Assembly (NCBI GenBank): GCA_965216465.1
Contig: CBDCFW010000005.1
Location: 64,001 to 128,000, forward strand
DNA length: 64,000 bases
Source: Bacteroidia bacterium
Lineage (GTDB): Bacteria; Bacteroidota; Bacteroidia; NS11-12g; UBA9320
Reading direction: 5' to 3'
The notes beneath the pieces are model-generated. The model saw only the letters and a program-made list of their open reading frames with translations. It had not been told where the DNA came from and ran no database searches. Positions 37,826 through 47,652 of this stretch are shown here, in pieces; position 1 is the stretch's first letter; each line of letters begins with the position of its first letter. The translations under genes and the position numbers were made by a program.

Positions 37826-38537
37826 ATCGCCAAAGTTTCGATTTTGCCGAAATTAAGCAAAGCTGGAAACCGAGTTTTCCCTCTAAAAATCCAAGTTTTA
37901 AGATATACATCTTAAAAAACTTAAATATTGCTGCCATCCAGGCCGCAAAACGATTTGGATACTTTTTAGCCAAGCTGGCATACTTTTTCTCTCTTTGGAT
38001 GTGATCTTGCTTGCTCTCTATACTGTAATGTAATAAGTCGCCCTGAAGTTTTACAACTGAAGGATTCTGAGCAAATACCAATTTTTCGTGTACCTCTCCC
38101 TCCCATCTTGTGCTTTGTTTGGCAAACAGCCTAACTTTTGTGTCGGGATACCATCCAGCGTGTTTAATCCATTGGCCGCAGTAGTTATTTAAGCGATTAA
38201 AACTGTACACACTAAGTGGCGACAGGCCACTATACTTGGTCTCTTTTATACTGCTTATAAGTTCATCAGACAAGACTTCATCGGCATCAACAGAAAGAAC
38301 ATAGTCGTGCTTTGCTTGCTCATTTGCAAAGTTCTTTGTAGCCGAATATCCTTGCCACTCCCTACTTATAAAACGAGCTCCATGTTCTTCACAAATCGAC
38401 TTGGTCTTATCGGTGCTAAAAGAATCTACGACTACTATTTCATCGGCAACTTCCTGCAATGATTTTAAACATTGGCCTATATACTTCTCTTCGTTGAAGC
38501 TTATAAGTACTGCTGATATTTTACTGTTATTCGGCAT
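37824..38537 (-). CDS. Glycosyltransferase family 2 (WaaE/KdtX-like)
   Basis: VVDSFSTDKT, LSVDADE, WYPD, VHE and LLHY. Confidence 0.9.
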   Translation of the reverse strand: MPNNSKISAVLISFNEEKYIGQCLKSLQEVADEIVVVDSFSTDKTKSICEEHGARFISREWQGYSATKNFANEQAKHDYVLSVDADEVLSDELISSIKETKYSGLSPLSVYSFNRLNNYCGQWIKHAGWYPDTKVRLFAKQSTRWEGEVHEKLVFAQNPSVVKLQGDLLHYSIESKQDHIQREKKYASLAKKYPNRFAAWMAAIFKFFKMYILKLGFLEGKLGFQLCLISAKSKLWR

Positions 38538-38571
38538 AAAAAATCCGGACGATGTAACATCCGTCCGGATT
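38538..38571 (-). terminator. Rho-independent terminator downstream of the Cys-rich lipoprotein gene
   Basis: Minus strand AATCCGGACG-GATGTTACAT-CGTCCGGATT followed by a T run. Confidence 0.75.
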
Positions 38572-38629
38572 AAATTATTGTAAATTTATGAAGTCATGAG
38601 ATATCATCATGAATTCGTGAAAGCTCTAA

Positions 38630-38971
38630 TTATTCTTCAGTTACAGGTTCATCTGCAACCTCTTCTTCAGCTTCATCGTCAGTAGTTTCACCATTGATGT
38701 CGCCTTCTTCAATTTCTGATTCAGTAGATGTAGAGTCGGAAGCTGAGTCATCATGCTTGCAGCATTCTTTTTCACAATCTTCGGCACAAGCCTTTTTGTC
38801 TTTATCTGCACAGCATTCTTTCTCGCAATCGTCAGCACATGCTTCTTTCTCTTTTCCTTCGCAGCACTCTTTTTTGCAATCTTCTTCACATCCCTCCTTA
38901 TCGTTTTGACAAGCAACAAAAGCAAAGCTCAAAAATGCGATCAAACTTAGTAGTTTTAATGTTCTCTTCAT
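38630..38971 (-). CDS. Cys-rich acidic lipoprotein with three CxxDCxKECC repeats
   Basis: Lipobox FVA-C; three 17-aa-spaced repeats holding 12 Cys; acidic tail. It has its own -7 element (38977-38984, TATTTTTG on the minus strand) and terminator. Confidence 0.8.
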   Translation of the reverse strand: MKRTLKLLSLIAFLSFAFVACQNDKEGCEEDCKKECCEGKEKEACADDCEKECCADKDKKACAEDCEKECCKHDDSASDSTSTESEIEEGDINGETTDDEAEEEVADEPVTEE

Positions 38972-39007
38972 GAGAGCAAAAATAACCGAATACTTGAATT
39001 GAGAAAA

Positions 39008-39529
39008 TTACAGAACCGATGCCTTAACAGCGAATTTTAAATCGGCTCTAAATGTAATGTCGACATTGACGTCTTCTACCGTGGTTCCTTGTGCTCTTAA
39101 CACAAAGGTTCCTGTTTTTAGATGACTTGCTAGCTCGACATCTTCAACATCCAAACTAACTGTATTCATAGAGCCATCAATAGGCACTTTAGATGCAATC
39201 ATTTCCTCTGTCATGCCATCGCCCATAATGAATAAGCTAATGTCTTGAGCAAATGAAAAATCTTCGGAAGTTGGATTAACAATGGTAACCATGCATTCTG
39301 TAAGTTTTGCACTTTCTAACTTCTCGAGATCAGCATTGCTATCATCAAAATCGTCGGTTTCAACCTCAATAGGCTCTGAGGTTTCGTTAAAAGTTGTACT
39401 GGTAATTGTTCCAGAAACGACAGTATATTCAGCGTCATACTCCACATCAAAATCTGCTTGAAGTTGATCTGCACATCCAGATATCAGTATAGCTGAACAA
39501 AATAGTAAGGCTAGAAATATTTTATTCAT
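39008..39529 (-). CDS. Hypothetical acidic lipoprotein
   Basis: Lipobox ISG-C; beta-rich acidic mature region. Confidence 0.75.
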   Translation of the reverse strand: MNKIFLALLFCSAILISGCADQLQADFDVEYDAEYTVVSGTITSTTFNETSEPIEVETDDFDDSNADLEKLESAKLTECMVTIVNPTSEDFSFAQDISLFIMGDGMTEEMIASKVPIDGSMNTVSLDVEDVELASHLKTGTFVLRAQGTTVEDVNVDITFRADLKFAVKASVL

Positions 39530-39557
39530 AACCTAACAAAGATAGTGATTTTATAGC

Positions 39558-40652
39558 TTAAACGTTGAATCTGAAGTTCATCAGATCACCATCTATGGCC
39601 ACATAATCTTTTCCTTCAACTCTGAGCTTTCCTGCCTCTCTGCACTTCGCTTCAGAACCATACTCGATAAAGTCTTGATATGCAATTACTTCAGCTCGAA
39701 TAAAGCCTTTTTCAAAATCGGTGTGAATTACACCTGCTGCTTGTGGAGCCTTCATACCATCTGTTATAGTCCAAGCTCGCACTTCTTTTTCTCCTGCAGT
39801 AAAGTAGGTGATGTAGTGAAGTAATTTATACGCTGCTTTAATAATTCTGTTTACTCCGCTCTCCGTTAATCCCATTTCTTCAAGAAACATCATTCGATCT
39901 TCATGATCCATTCCGATTAGTTCAGATTCGATAGCAGCAGATACAAACATTACTTCTGCATTTTCATCTTTCACCGCCTCCATAAATTTCTCAGTATGGT
40001 GGTTACCATTAACAACGCTTTGTTCATCAACGTTGCAAACGTAAAGAACCGGCTTTGCTGTTAGTAGATTAAGGTCTTTAACAAGTGCCCATTGTTTTTC
40101 ATCAAGATCGGTTGTTCTTGCCGACAATCCTTGTTCCAATTGATCTTTTATCAGATTGCAAACGTCGAAGATTGCCTTGCCTTCTTTATCACCAACTTCA
40201 GCAACCTTTTTAACTTTCTGAATTTTTGCATCTACAGCCTCAAGATCTTTTAGCTGAAGCTCGGTGTCGATAATCTCTTTGTCTCTTACAGGGTCGATAC
40301 TTCCATCAACATGAGTAATGTTCTCATCGTCGAAGCATCGCACCACATGCAGAATCGCATTGGTATTTCGGATATTTCCTAAGAACTGGTTTCCGAGGCC
40401 TTCTCCTTTACTTGCACCTTTAACCAAGCCTGCGATATCTACTATCTCAACAGTCGTTGGAACAATTTTCTGCGGGTTTACCAAATCTGCAATTTTTTCT
40501 AATCGCTCATCAGGTACGGTTATCGTTCCGACATTCGGTTCGATGGTACAAAACGGGTAGTTCGCACTTTCTGCCTTTGCACTGCTCAAACAATTAAAAA
40601 GCGTTGATTTACCTACGTTGGGAAGCCCAACAATTCCACACTGTAATGCCAT
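39558..40652 (-). CDS. ychF: Redox-regulated ATPase YchF
   Basis: GLPNVGKST, NYPFCTIEPN, DIAGLVKGAS and TGS domain APQAAGVIHTDFEKGFIRAE. Confidence 0.97.
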   Translation of the reverse strand: MALQCGIVGLPNVGKSTLFNCLSSAKAESANYPFCTIEPNVGTITVPDERLEKIADLVNPQKIVPTTVEIVDIAGLVKGASKGEGLGNQFLGNIRNTNAILHVVRCFDDENITHVDGSIDPVRDKEIIDTELQLKDLEAVDAKIQKVKKVAEVGDKEGKAIFDVCNLIKDQLEQGLSARTTDLDEKQWALVKDLNLLTAKPVLYVCNVDEQSVVNGNHHTEKFMEAVKDENAEVMFVSAAIESELIGMDHEDRMMFLEEMGLTESGVNRIIKAAYKLLHYITYFTAGEKEVRAWTITDGMKAPQAAGVIHTDFEKGFIRAEVIAYQDFIEYGSEAKCREAGKLRVEGKDYVAIDGDLMNFRFNV

Positions 40653-40761
40653 AATTTAAAAGTGGTGCAAGTTTAGCGATAATATGTGAATATTGCATAG
40701 GCAGAGAACGCCAATAATGAATTGCTGACTATCTTAATTTTACAACTGTTATAGACAACTT

Positions 40762-42267
40762 TTACTCAGTACTTAATTGTTCAAATGCTTTCTTCTCTGC
40801 CCAAACCATTTCGAGCCAAGATTTGTCTTTTTGTTCAATCAAAAACTTCTCAATTCTCCGATCAATTTTTTCCTTATAGTTCACCTCTTTAAAGTATCCT
40901 TTTCTTGCAAAAGGAACGGCTTGTTGTTGGTTCTTTTCAATTTCTTCAATTTCGGTATCATCTAATTTGAGATATGGCAGTGCTTTGTCGCTTAAGTCAG
41001 CCATGAAAGGCAAGTGTATAAAAGCTGAATTCTGATGAGCAAAATTGTATTTAGCGATATAAACGTCCCAATTGATAGCACAGGTCAAAACTAAAACGAT
41101 GTACGCGGCTAAGGCATTGGTTCGAACCAAAAAGAAGATTGTTTTTTGCTGATGTACCTTAAGAATAATTGTAATGAGCCCGACTAAACATAGAATTAAA
41201 AATATCACCACTCCTATACGGCGATATGCCAATGCGAAGTGTTGAATGTAATACGCATTTCGTACAAAAACAGATACGATGAGTAATCCGTTTAAGCCAA
41301 TCCATACCGTTGCTAATTGTTTTAGGCGAGCATTGTTCTTTAAGAAGTTCAAATTTCTACGGAAGAAATAAACTGTAACTGCAATCGATACCAATATGCT
41401 AAAAATCAATACATAGGTTCCTTCGTGCACCATTGATTTTAAAAACTCTCCTTCCCATTCAAAACCAAACCATACATTCTTCATTTCTACATAAAGGAGC
41501 AATACGAGAAGTAGGTTTAATGAAGCGAACAGAAATATTGCTGATTTGTATTCATATTTTAAATCAAGGTTTCTAAACTTGGAGATGTACTTCTTTCGAA
41601 AACGCTCCATCACATCTTTCCTTCTCAACTCTCCTCTCAAAATGCTTGAGTCAATTAATCCTAGGCTATGAACAAATCCAAAGAATAAGCCCAATATAGC
41701 AACTCCAACAGCATTAATATTAATGTACTTAGCAATATACTCAAAGACTCTATTGATGTACTCTCCAATATTGGAAATGATATCTGAAAAGAATGAACTT
41801 CCCATACTATACAAAGCCACAAAGAGCAGAATAATGAATAAAGGAAGAAATATGATTCGTATTTGCTTACTTAAGCTAAATGACCGCTTTTTTCGTTTTC
41901 TAGATCGAAACGACCCAAAGAAAGACGAAATGGCTACTCCATAATTATACAGCGAATTAGGAAGCGATGAAAGTATGTTTCTCAATCCCGATGAGGTGTG
42001 CAATCCAATCAGCATAAAAAATGATATCAAGGCAAGCACAAATGCAACTGGGCTTCCATACAAAAAGTAGAAAATCGAGGTTAATAGATATCCAGCAGCT
42101 ACAATTTTGTTAAGATTGGCTTTAAAAAAGTTAAAATTAAAGATTAACATAAACAGGATTGTTCCTACTGCATAAAGGGCTACATTCAAGCCCAAGCTTT
42201 GTTCAAAAAACAATAACGTAAAGAGTAATGCAGAAAGGAGGCTGATGACATATTTTGGTAGTTTCAT
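40762..42267 (-). CDS. Multi-pass membrane protein (DUF4153/DUF4173-like)
   Basis: Many TMs; VHEG, YIQHFALAYRRI and NWDVYIAKYN motifs recalled from this family. Confidence 0.75.
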   Translation of the reverse strand: MKLPKYVISLLSALLFTLLFFEQSLGLNVALYAVGTILFMLIFNFNFFKANLNKIVAAGYLLTSIFYFLYGSPVAFVLALISFFMLIGLHTSSGLRNILSSLPNSLYNYGVAISSFFGSFRSRKRKKRSFSLSKQIRIIFLPLFIILLFVALYSMGSSFFSDIISNIGEYINRVFEYIAKYININAVGVAILGLFFGFVHSLGLIDSSILRGELRRKDVMERFRKKYISKFRNLDLKYEYKSAIFLFASLNLLLVLLLYVEMKNVWFGFEWEGEFLKSMVHEGTYVLIFSILVSIAVTVYFFRRNLNFLKNNARLKQLATVWIGLNGLLIVSVFVRNAYYIQHFALAYRRIGVVIFLILCLVGLITIILKVHQQKTIFFLVRTNALAAYIVLVLTCAINWDVYIAKYNFAHQNSAFIHLPFMADLSDKALPYLKLDDTEIEEIEKNQQQAVPFARKGYFKEVNYKEKIDRRIEKFLIEQKDKSWLEMVWAEKKAFEQLSTE

Positions 42268-42422
42268 ACAGATATAGGTTACAAGGTTTCGGGATTAACG
42301 AGCCAAAATGTCAAAAATTATGCTTTTAAACGAACAAAGCTCTTCATTTGTAGAACAGACCAAATTGGGCAAATTGTCAGGTATTTTTACTGGGTACGTC
42401 TTTTGCTATACAGAAATCAAAC

Positions 42423-43118
42423 ATGTTTAACTTTATATTAAAACTAATTGACTCACTCATATGGCCATTGGTCATCGTGGTTGTGATTTGGTTGGTTTTC
42501 TTTTTAAACATACAATACGGTTGGGAGCTTAATCAGTATGGAATGCACCCTAAAAAACTATCAGGTTTGTTAGGAATATTTAGTATGTCATTTCTTCATG
42601 GAGATTTTGATCATCTGTTTTCTAACAGTGTTCCCTTGCTCCTATCTATGGGCTTCATCTTTCTCTACTTCGAAAATCATAAGTACAAAATATTGCTATT
42701 TAACACCCTGTTAACAGGTATATTACTTTGGTTTATGGGAGAACCCGGCTCTAATCACATTGGGGCCAGTGGTTTGGTATATGCATTTATTTTTTTCTTA
42801 GTAACTCATGCGGCAATTACCAAAAACAAAGAAATGGTTGCTGCATCTTTTGTTTTAATTTTTCTCTATGGAAGTTTGATTTACGGTTTGTTTCCAGAAT
42901 ACGGTTTACTAATTGGCAAAAACATTTCTTGGGAAGGGCATTTGGCAGGTGCCATTTCTGGAGTAGTTTTCGCGTTTCTGTTTAGGAATAAAGGTCCACA
43001 AAAGAAAATCTATTTTGAAGACGAGGAAGATGATGATGACGACTTCGATCAATTTGAATACTGGAATCAAGATCAAACCACTATTCACTACTTCTACAAA
43101 GAAAATGAACCTAAATAA
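42423..43118 (+). CDS. Rhomboid intramembrane serine protease
   Basis: FLHGDFDHLFSN, HIGASG (catalytic Ser) and SWEGHLAG (catalytic His). Confidence 0.93.
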   Translation: MFNFILKLIDSLIWPLVIVVVIWLVFFLNIQYGWELNQYGMHPKKLSGLLGIFSMSFLHGDFDHLFSNSVPLLLSMGFIFLYFENHKYKILLFNTLLTGILLWFMGEPGSNHIGASGLVYAFIFFLVTHAAITKNKEMVAASFVLIFLYGSLIYGLFPEYGLLIGKNISWEGHLAGAISGVVFAFLFRNKGPQKKIYFEDEEDDDDDFDQFEYWNQDQTTIHYFYKENEPK

Positions 43119-43131
43119 CTAATTTCGGTTC

Positions 43132-44085
43132 ATGCGATGGGTTATTTCTCTATTCATTATGCTCTCCTCGCTTTATACGTCTTCATGGGGATTTCATGCT
43201 CACAAAGACATTAACTACTATGCTTGTTTCACACTGCCAGTGGAGATGTTTAGTTTTTACAAGCAGCATATAAGCTTGATTAGGGAATGGGCTATTCGTC
43301 CTGATCAAAGAAGATATGTCGTCGAAAACGAAGGAATGAAACACTACCTCGACCTTGACTTTTACGAGCTAAATGTGCCATTAGATACCATTCCGAGACT
43401 CTACGATTCTGCAGTAGCTAGATTTAGTGAAGAAAAAGTTCACCAACATGGAATTGCTCCTTGGAACATCATGTGGATGAAGCACAAGCTCACTGCTGCC
43501 TTTGAAGAATCAGACGCTTTACAAATCGTGAAGCTAAGTGCAGATCTAGGACACTATGTCGCCGACGTGCACGTTCCCCTCCACACCACAACAAACTACA
43601 ACGGTCAGTTTACCAATCAAAAAGGAATTCATGGTTTATGGGAAAGTAGACTACCTGAACTTTTCGCCGAAAATTACAACTTTGGATTAAGTAATGCGGT
43701 GTATTTAGATAATCCACAATCTGCCATATGGCAAACGATTGAAGCAAGTTATGCTGCAAAGGATTCAGTGCTTCTGTTGGAAAAGAAAGTAACCGAAAAT
43801 ACCGTACCTAAATACAGCTTCGAGAACAGAGGTAAATCTGTTCGTAAGGTTTACAGCAGTACATTCTCACAGGCTTACCATCAGGCCCTAAACAAAATGG
43901 TTGAAAGGCGTATGCAACGAGCAATTCAAATGGTTGGAAATTTTTGGTACACGTGCTGGGTAGATGCAGGTCAACCAATTTTAGAAGTCAATGTCAATAA
44001 AAAAGTCGAGGACAACATTTCGTCACTCGACTCTTTTACTAAATATCATATTGATTCATCGAATCAACGAAAGCACCTTCACTAA
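43132..44085 (+). CDS. Zinc-dependent phospholipase C / S1-P1 nuclease family protein
   Basis: Mature N-terminus WG..AH; HYLDLD, GHYVADVHVPLH and IHGLWES zinc ligands. Confidence 0.87.
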   Translation: MRWVISLFIMLSSLYTSSWGFHAHKDINYYACFTLPVEMFSFYKQHISLIREWAIRPDQRRYVVENEGMKHYLDLDFYELNVPLDTIPRLYDSAVARFSEEKVHQHGIAPWNIMWMKHKLTAAFEESDALQIVKLSADLGHYVADVHVPLHTTTNYNGQFTNQKGIHGLWESRLPELFAENYNFGLSNAVYLDNPQSAIWQTIEASYAAKDSVLLLEKKVTENTVPKYSFENRGKSVRKVYSSTFSQAYHQALNKMVERRMQRAIQMVGNFWYTCWVDAGQPILEVNVNKKVEDNISSLDSFTKYHIDSSNQRKHLH

Positions 44086-46664
44086 TGTTTATGAATCTTG
44101 AAGGAATATTCTTGATCATCAAAATTGACTTTCAGCATATAAATACCTTGCTCTATGTCTTTAATATCAAGCGTTGATTGAGGTCCTTTTAAAGGATATG
44201 ACCCAACTTTTTGTCCTGTGAGTGAGAATATTTCGACCACACCTGAACGACCCAATTTGTCGGAAATAGTGATAAAGTCTTCAACTGGATTTGGGAATAC
44301 CCGAATTCCAGAATTCTCTATATCTTCAACTGAGCTAAATACAGGAAGTGAAAGAACTTCTACTGAATCACTTACACAATTATTATCACTGGTAACTTCT
44401 AAGGTCACAAACACATCTTCGCCTTCTTTAGCAGCATAATCATGGGTTGGTATAATTGAATTGTCAATAGCACTTCCATCACCAAAATCCCAAGCGTAGG
44501 TCGAAAATGAAGTTAAGGTTGGTGTAAATGTATAAACTGAACCTGCTCTGCTATAAGAGAATGAAGCGTCAGACGGCCCTTCTATTTTTACCAACTCAAC
44601 TTCAGAGGTATCTACACAAACGCCGTTGGTTACAATCACATAAATACTATCGGCATTGCTCATCGTTATACTTGAATATGAATTCGACGAACCAGACTGA
44701 ACAAGCGTCCCATTGAGGTAAAAATCAAAGGTTTCAATGGTGTCATTCGCTGAATATGTAACTGTTTCTCCTTCACAATACGCTCCAAACTTGTCACTCT
44801 TAAGGTCTATGTTTAGAATACGGTCAACAATAACCGGCATTTCAAGCTCATTTGCTGGGCACGCTAAATGATTTGAGTCGTACACTGAAACAACATAGGT
44901 ATTGGTAATTGAAGGATTGAAACTGAAGATAGTATCCTTGAAGGCTCCACCCCCATCTATGGTAAGACCATAATTGGTTCCTGAAAGACCATTTACCTCT
45001 ACATTTAACAGTTCACCATGGCACAAGCGATCATTAAATTTAACCGTAGCTTCTAGCAAAGAACATGTGTCAGTAATGCAAGTAAGTTTTGCTGTTGCAC
45101 TGCTAAAACATGGTGCTCCGTCAAGTGCTCTAACCCACAACTCGATACTATCATTAGGATCTTGATCAAGCATATCATGATAAGAGCCGTTTTGGCCACT
45201 ACTTGGGAACGACCAACTTAATCCGTTGTTGGTACTAACCTGGAAACCGTCATGAAATCCTGAACCGTCCCATTCGAAACGTACACTTGTCGATGTTTGA
45301 TTTTTACATGCAACAACAGGTGCCGCCAAACGAGGAGAACCTACAACATCATAATGTGCACTATCCGAAAAACAACCATTGTTATCCTTCACCAAGCCTG
45401 TAAATCTTGCCGTGCTAAAGAAGTTTGTACTCGCGGTATTTGCTGTTGACTTATCAACCAAAGTATCGTTTCTAAAATAGAAAAACGAATCGGCGTTTGC
45501 ACCTGAAGTCATACTCAAATTAATGATGCTATTGTCACAACTTGAATCACCGAATTGAGCTGCTCCGCTTGTAAGGGTAGCTGTTTCCTTTGGATGATAT
45601 TGAACGGTAATCAAATTACTTCGTTTGCTACATCCATTTGATGATATTGCATCAACGTAGTAAACTGCTGTATCTTTTGCATAAATAGAAGTTCCTGTTT
45701 CTCCGGTACTCCATACATAAGTATTTCCGGACTGTGCAGCGACCTCAAGTTTAACAGAGTCTCCATCACATATGGTTCGCGTTGGTGTTCCAAAAACGAA
45801 AGAAGATGGCCCCGGTTGAACATCTAATTCTACAGTATCCGGTAATGAGCTTCCTTTTGCATTCTTAACAACCAGAATTGCTCTTTTAACTCCTGTAGAG
45901 ATGTAATTAACATTTGGATTTTGACTGTTAGACGCAGACGGAGATCCACCAGTAAGCGTCCAATGATAACTGGTTGGATTATTTGTTCCAGATCCTAAAA
46001 GTCCAACATTGGTAAATTGGCACGGTGTTGAATCGGCCGCCGCCGCTGTCGCAACTGGCAATAAAGTCGATGGAGCGATTTTAAATTCTCTTGCTATAAT
46101 AATATCTCCTCCTGTACCAGACCCATTAGCAGAGTTAATTATAGAATAGAAGGTTACGGTATCTACGTTGGTTGAAGGAGCGGTCCAATCAAAAGTCCAA
46201 CTAATTGAATCGGTTCCTGAATTTCCGCTTGAAGTATGACGTACGTAGCTTCTGGTTGCCCCAGAAATTGTTGCAGAGGTGGTGCTTGTACGCGTCGTTG
46301 AGTTACTAAAACTTCCGGCCATACCATTACTTGGGTTTAAGCAGGTAAGCTGAAAACCAAACTTTGACTTTCCAGAATGCACGTACTTCAGTGTAATGGA
46401 ATAAGTTGAATCTGGGATATACCCGTTTCCAGTAAAGTTCGATGTGAGCGAAATGTTGCTGTAGTAAGTTGATGTTTGTGTTTGTAGCGTTCCGGAGTGG
46501 CAAGATGTACAATTGTTTTCTCCAGGAGCGTTAGTATATCCTCCAGGAGCTCCACCGCTGTTGGTAAGAGACACCGTGGATATTCCAACCATGGCCATAA
46601 TTACTATACTCGTCAGAAAGCGCTTTGGAGTAATAGGTAAATTCATATGTGTTAGGTATTTCAA
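44082..46664 (-). CDS. T9SS cargo protein with Reeler-like (choice-of-anchor V-type) N-terminal domain, PKD/Ig-like domains and CTD
   Basis: TNAPGENNCTSCH, KFGFQLT and WTFDWTAP; PKD motif WDFGDG; CTD VFPNP...GIYMLKV. Start may be ATG 46646. Confidence 0.83.
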   Translation of the reverse strand: MKYLTHMNLPITPKRFLTSIVIMAMVGISTVSLTNSGGAPGGYTNAPGENNCTSCHSGTLQTQTSTYYSNISLTSNFTGNGYIPDSTYSITLKYVHSGKSKFGFQLTCLNPSNGMAGSFSNSTTRTSTTSATISGATRSYVRHTSSGNSGTDSISWTFDWTAPSTNVDTVTFYSIINSANGSGTGGDIIIAREFKIAPSTLLPVATAAAADSTPCQFTNVGLLGSGTNNPTSYHWTLTGGSPSASNSQNPNVNYISTGVKRAILVVKNAKGSSLPDTVELDVQPGPSSFVFGTPTRTICDGDSVKLEVAAQSGNTYVWSTGETGTSIYAKDTAVYYVDAISSNGCSKRSNLITVQYHPKETATLTSGAAQFGDSSCDNSIINLSMTSGANADSFFYFRNDTLVDKSTANTASTNFFSTARFTGLVKDNNGCFSDSAHYDVVGSPRLAAPVVACKNQTSTSVRFEWDGSGFHDGFQVSTNNGLSWSFPSSGQNGSYHDMLDQDPNDSIELWVRALDGAPCFSSATAKLTCITDTCSLLEATVKFNDRLCHGELLNVEVNGLSGTNYGLTIDGGGAFKDTIFSFNPSITNTYVVSVYDSNHLACPANELEMPVIVDRILNIDLKSDKFGAYCEGETVTYSANDTIETFDFYLNGTLVQSGSSNSYSSITMSNADSIYVIVTNGVCVDTSEVELVKIEGPSDASFSYSRAGSVYTFTPTLTSFSTYAWDFGDGSAIDNSIIPTHDYAAKEGEDVFVTLEVTSDNNCVSDSVEVLSLPVFSSVEDIENSGIRVFPNPVEDFITISDKLGRSGVVEIFSLTGQKVGSYPLKGPQSTLDIKDIEQGIYMLKVNFDDQEYSFKIHKH

Positions 46665-46716
46665 AAATTATAAATTCTATTCGGTTATTGATAAGTTCAA
46701 ATTGAGAATGACTTTC

Positions 46717-47592
46717 TTATGACTTCTTTTGATTCGCTCGAACTATTTTTTCTAAAAAGTCCCACTCCTCTTGCGTTATGGCCTCCATTTGATTGAATTG
46801 CCCAGCACCTTGCAGCCATTCACCGCCATCAATGGTAACTACTTCACCATTAATATAAGACGAAAAGTCAGATACTAAGTACGCTGCCAAATTCGCTAAT
46901 TCTTGATGGTCGCCTACTCTTTTTAAAGGTATACGTTGTTCTAAATTGACTTTGCTTGACATTTCTATAGGAAACAAACGATCCCATGCACCTTTGGTAG
47001 GAAAAGGCCCCGGAGCAATTGCATTGTGTCGCATACCATACTTTGCCCATTCAACGGCTAATGATCGAGTCATAGCAAGCACACCTGCCTTTGCTGTTGC
47101 AGATGGCACAACATATCCACTGCCGGTCCAAGAATAGGTTGTAACAATGTTAAGTACCGTTCCTTTGATGTTGTTTTTAATCCAGTACTTCCCACAACTC
47201 AAGGTGCAGTTTTTACTCCCTTTGAGCACAATATCTATAATGATGTCAAACGCACGATGACTTAATCGTTCTGTTGGACTGATAAAATTACCCGCAGCGT
47301 TATTCACCAAAACATTTACTTCACCAAAATGATCTACAATCTGTCTCAAAGCTCCTTCTACCTCTCCCGATTCACGAACGTCACAGGGAACAGCCAATAC
47401 ATTTTCTTTTGAAATCTCTTCTTGTGCTGCGATTAATTTCTCTTCTGTTCTTCCAGAAATGGCCACCTTTGCTCCAATAGAAACAAAGTACTTCACCATA
47501 GATTTACCTAATCCACTTCCTCCTCCTGTTACCCAAATAATTTTGCCCTGAAGAGCATCTTCTTTAAGCATCGATTGTGTATAATCTGCCAT
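46717..47592 (-). CDS. SDR oxidoreductase, 2,4-dienoyl-CoA reductase-like
   Basis: TGGGSGLG, NNAAGNFISPTE, SATAKAGV and IAPGPFPTKGA. Confidence 0.9.
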   Translation of the reverse strand: MADYTQSMLKEDALQGKIIWVTGGGSGLGKSMVKYFVSIGAKVAISGRTEEKLIAAQEEISKENVLAVPCDVRESGEVEGALRQIVDHFGEVNVLVNNAAGNFISPTERLSHRAFDIIIDIVLKGSKNCTLSCGKYWIKNNIKGTVLNIVTTYSWTGSGYVVPSATAKAGVLAMTRSLAVEWAKYGMRHNAIAPGPFPTKGAWDRLFPIEMSSKVNLEQRIPLKRVGDHQELANLAAYLVSDFSSYINGEVVTIDGGEWLQGAGQFNQMEAITQEEWDFLEKIVRANQKKS

Positions 47593-47652
47593 ACGAGCAA
47601 ATGTAAGAAACGTATTGAACCAATTTTATGATGCTAACTAAATGTTGATTTC

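Noticed and set aside
38641-38950. Alternative-frame and antisense ORFs over the Cys-rich lipoprotein (Lys-rich 94 aa, Ser/Gln/His-rich 71 aa, 65 aa)
   Set aside because: These are by-products of the low-complexity 51-bp repeat. Only the 113-aa frame has a signal peptide, lipobox, promoter and terminator.
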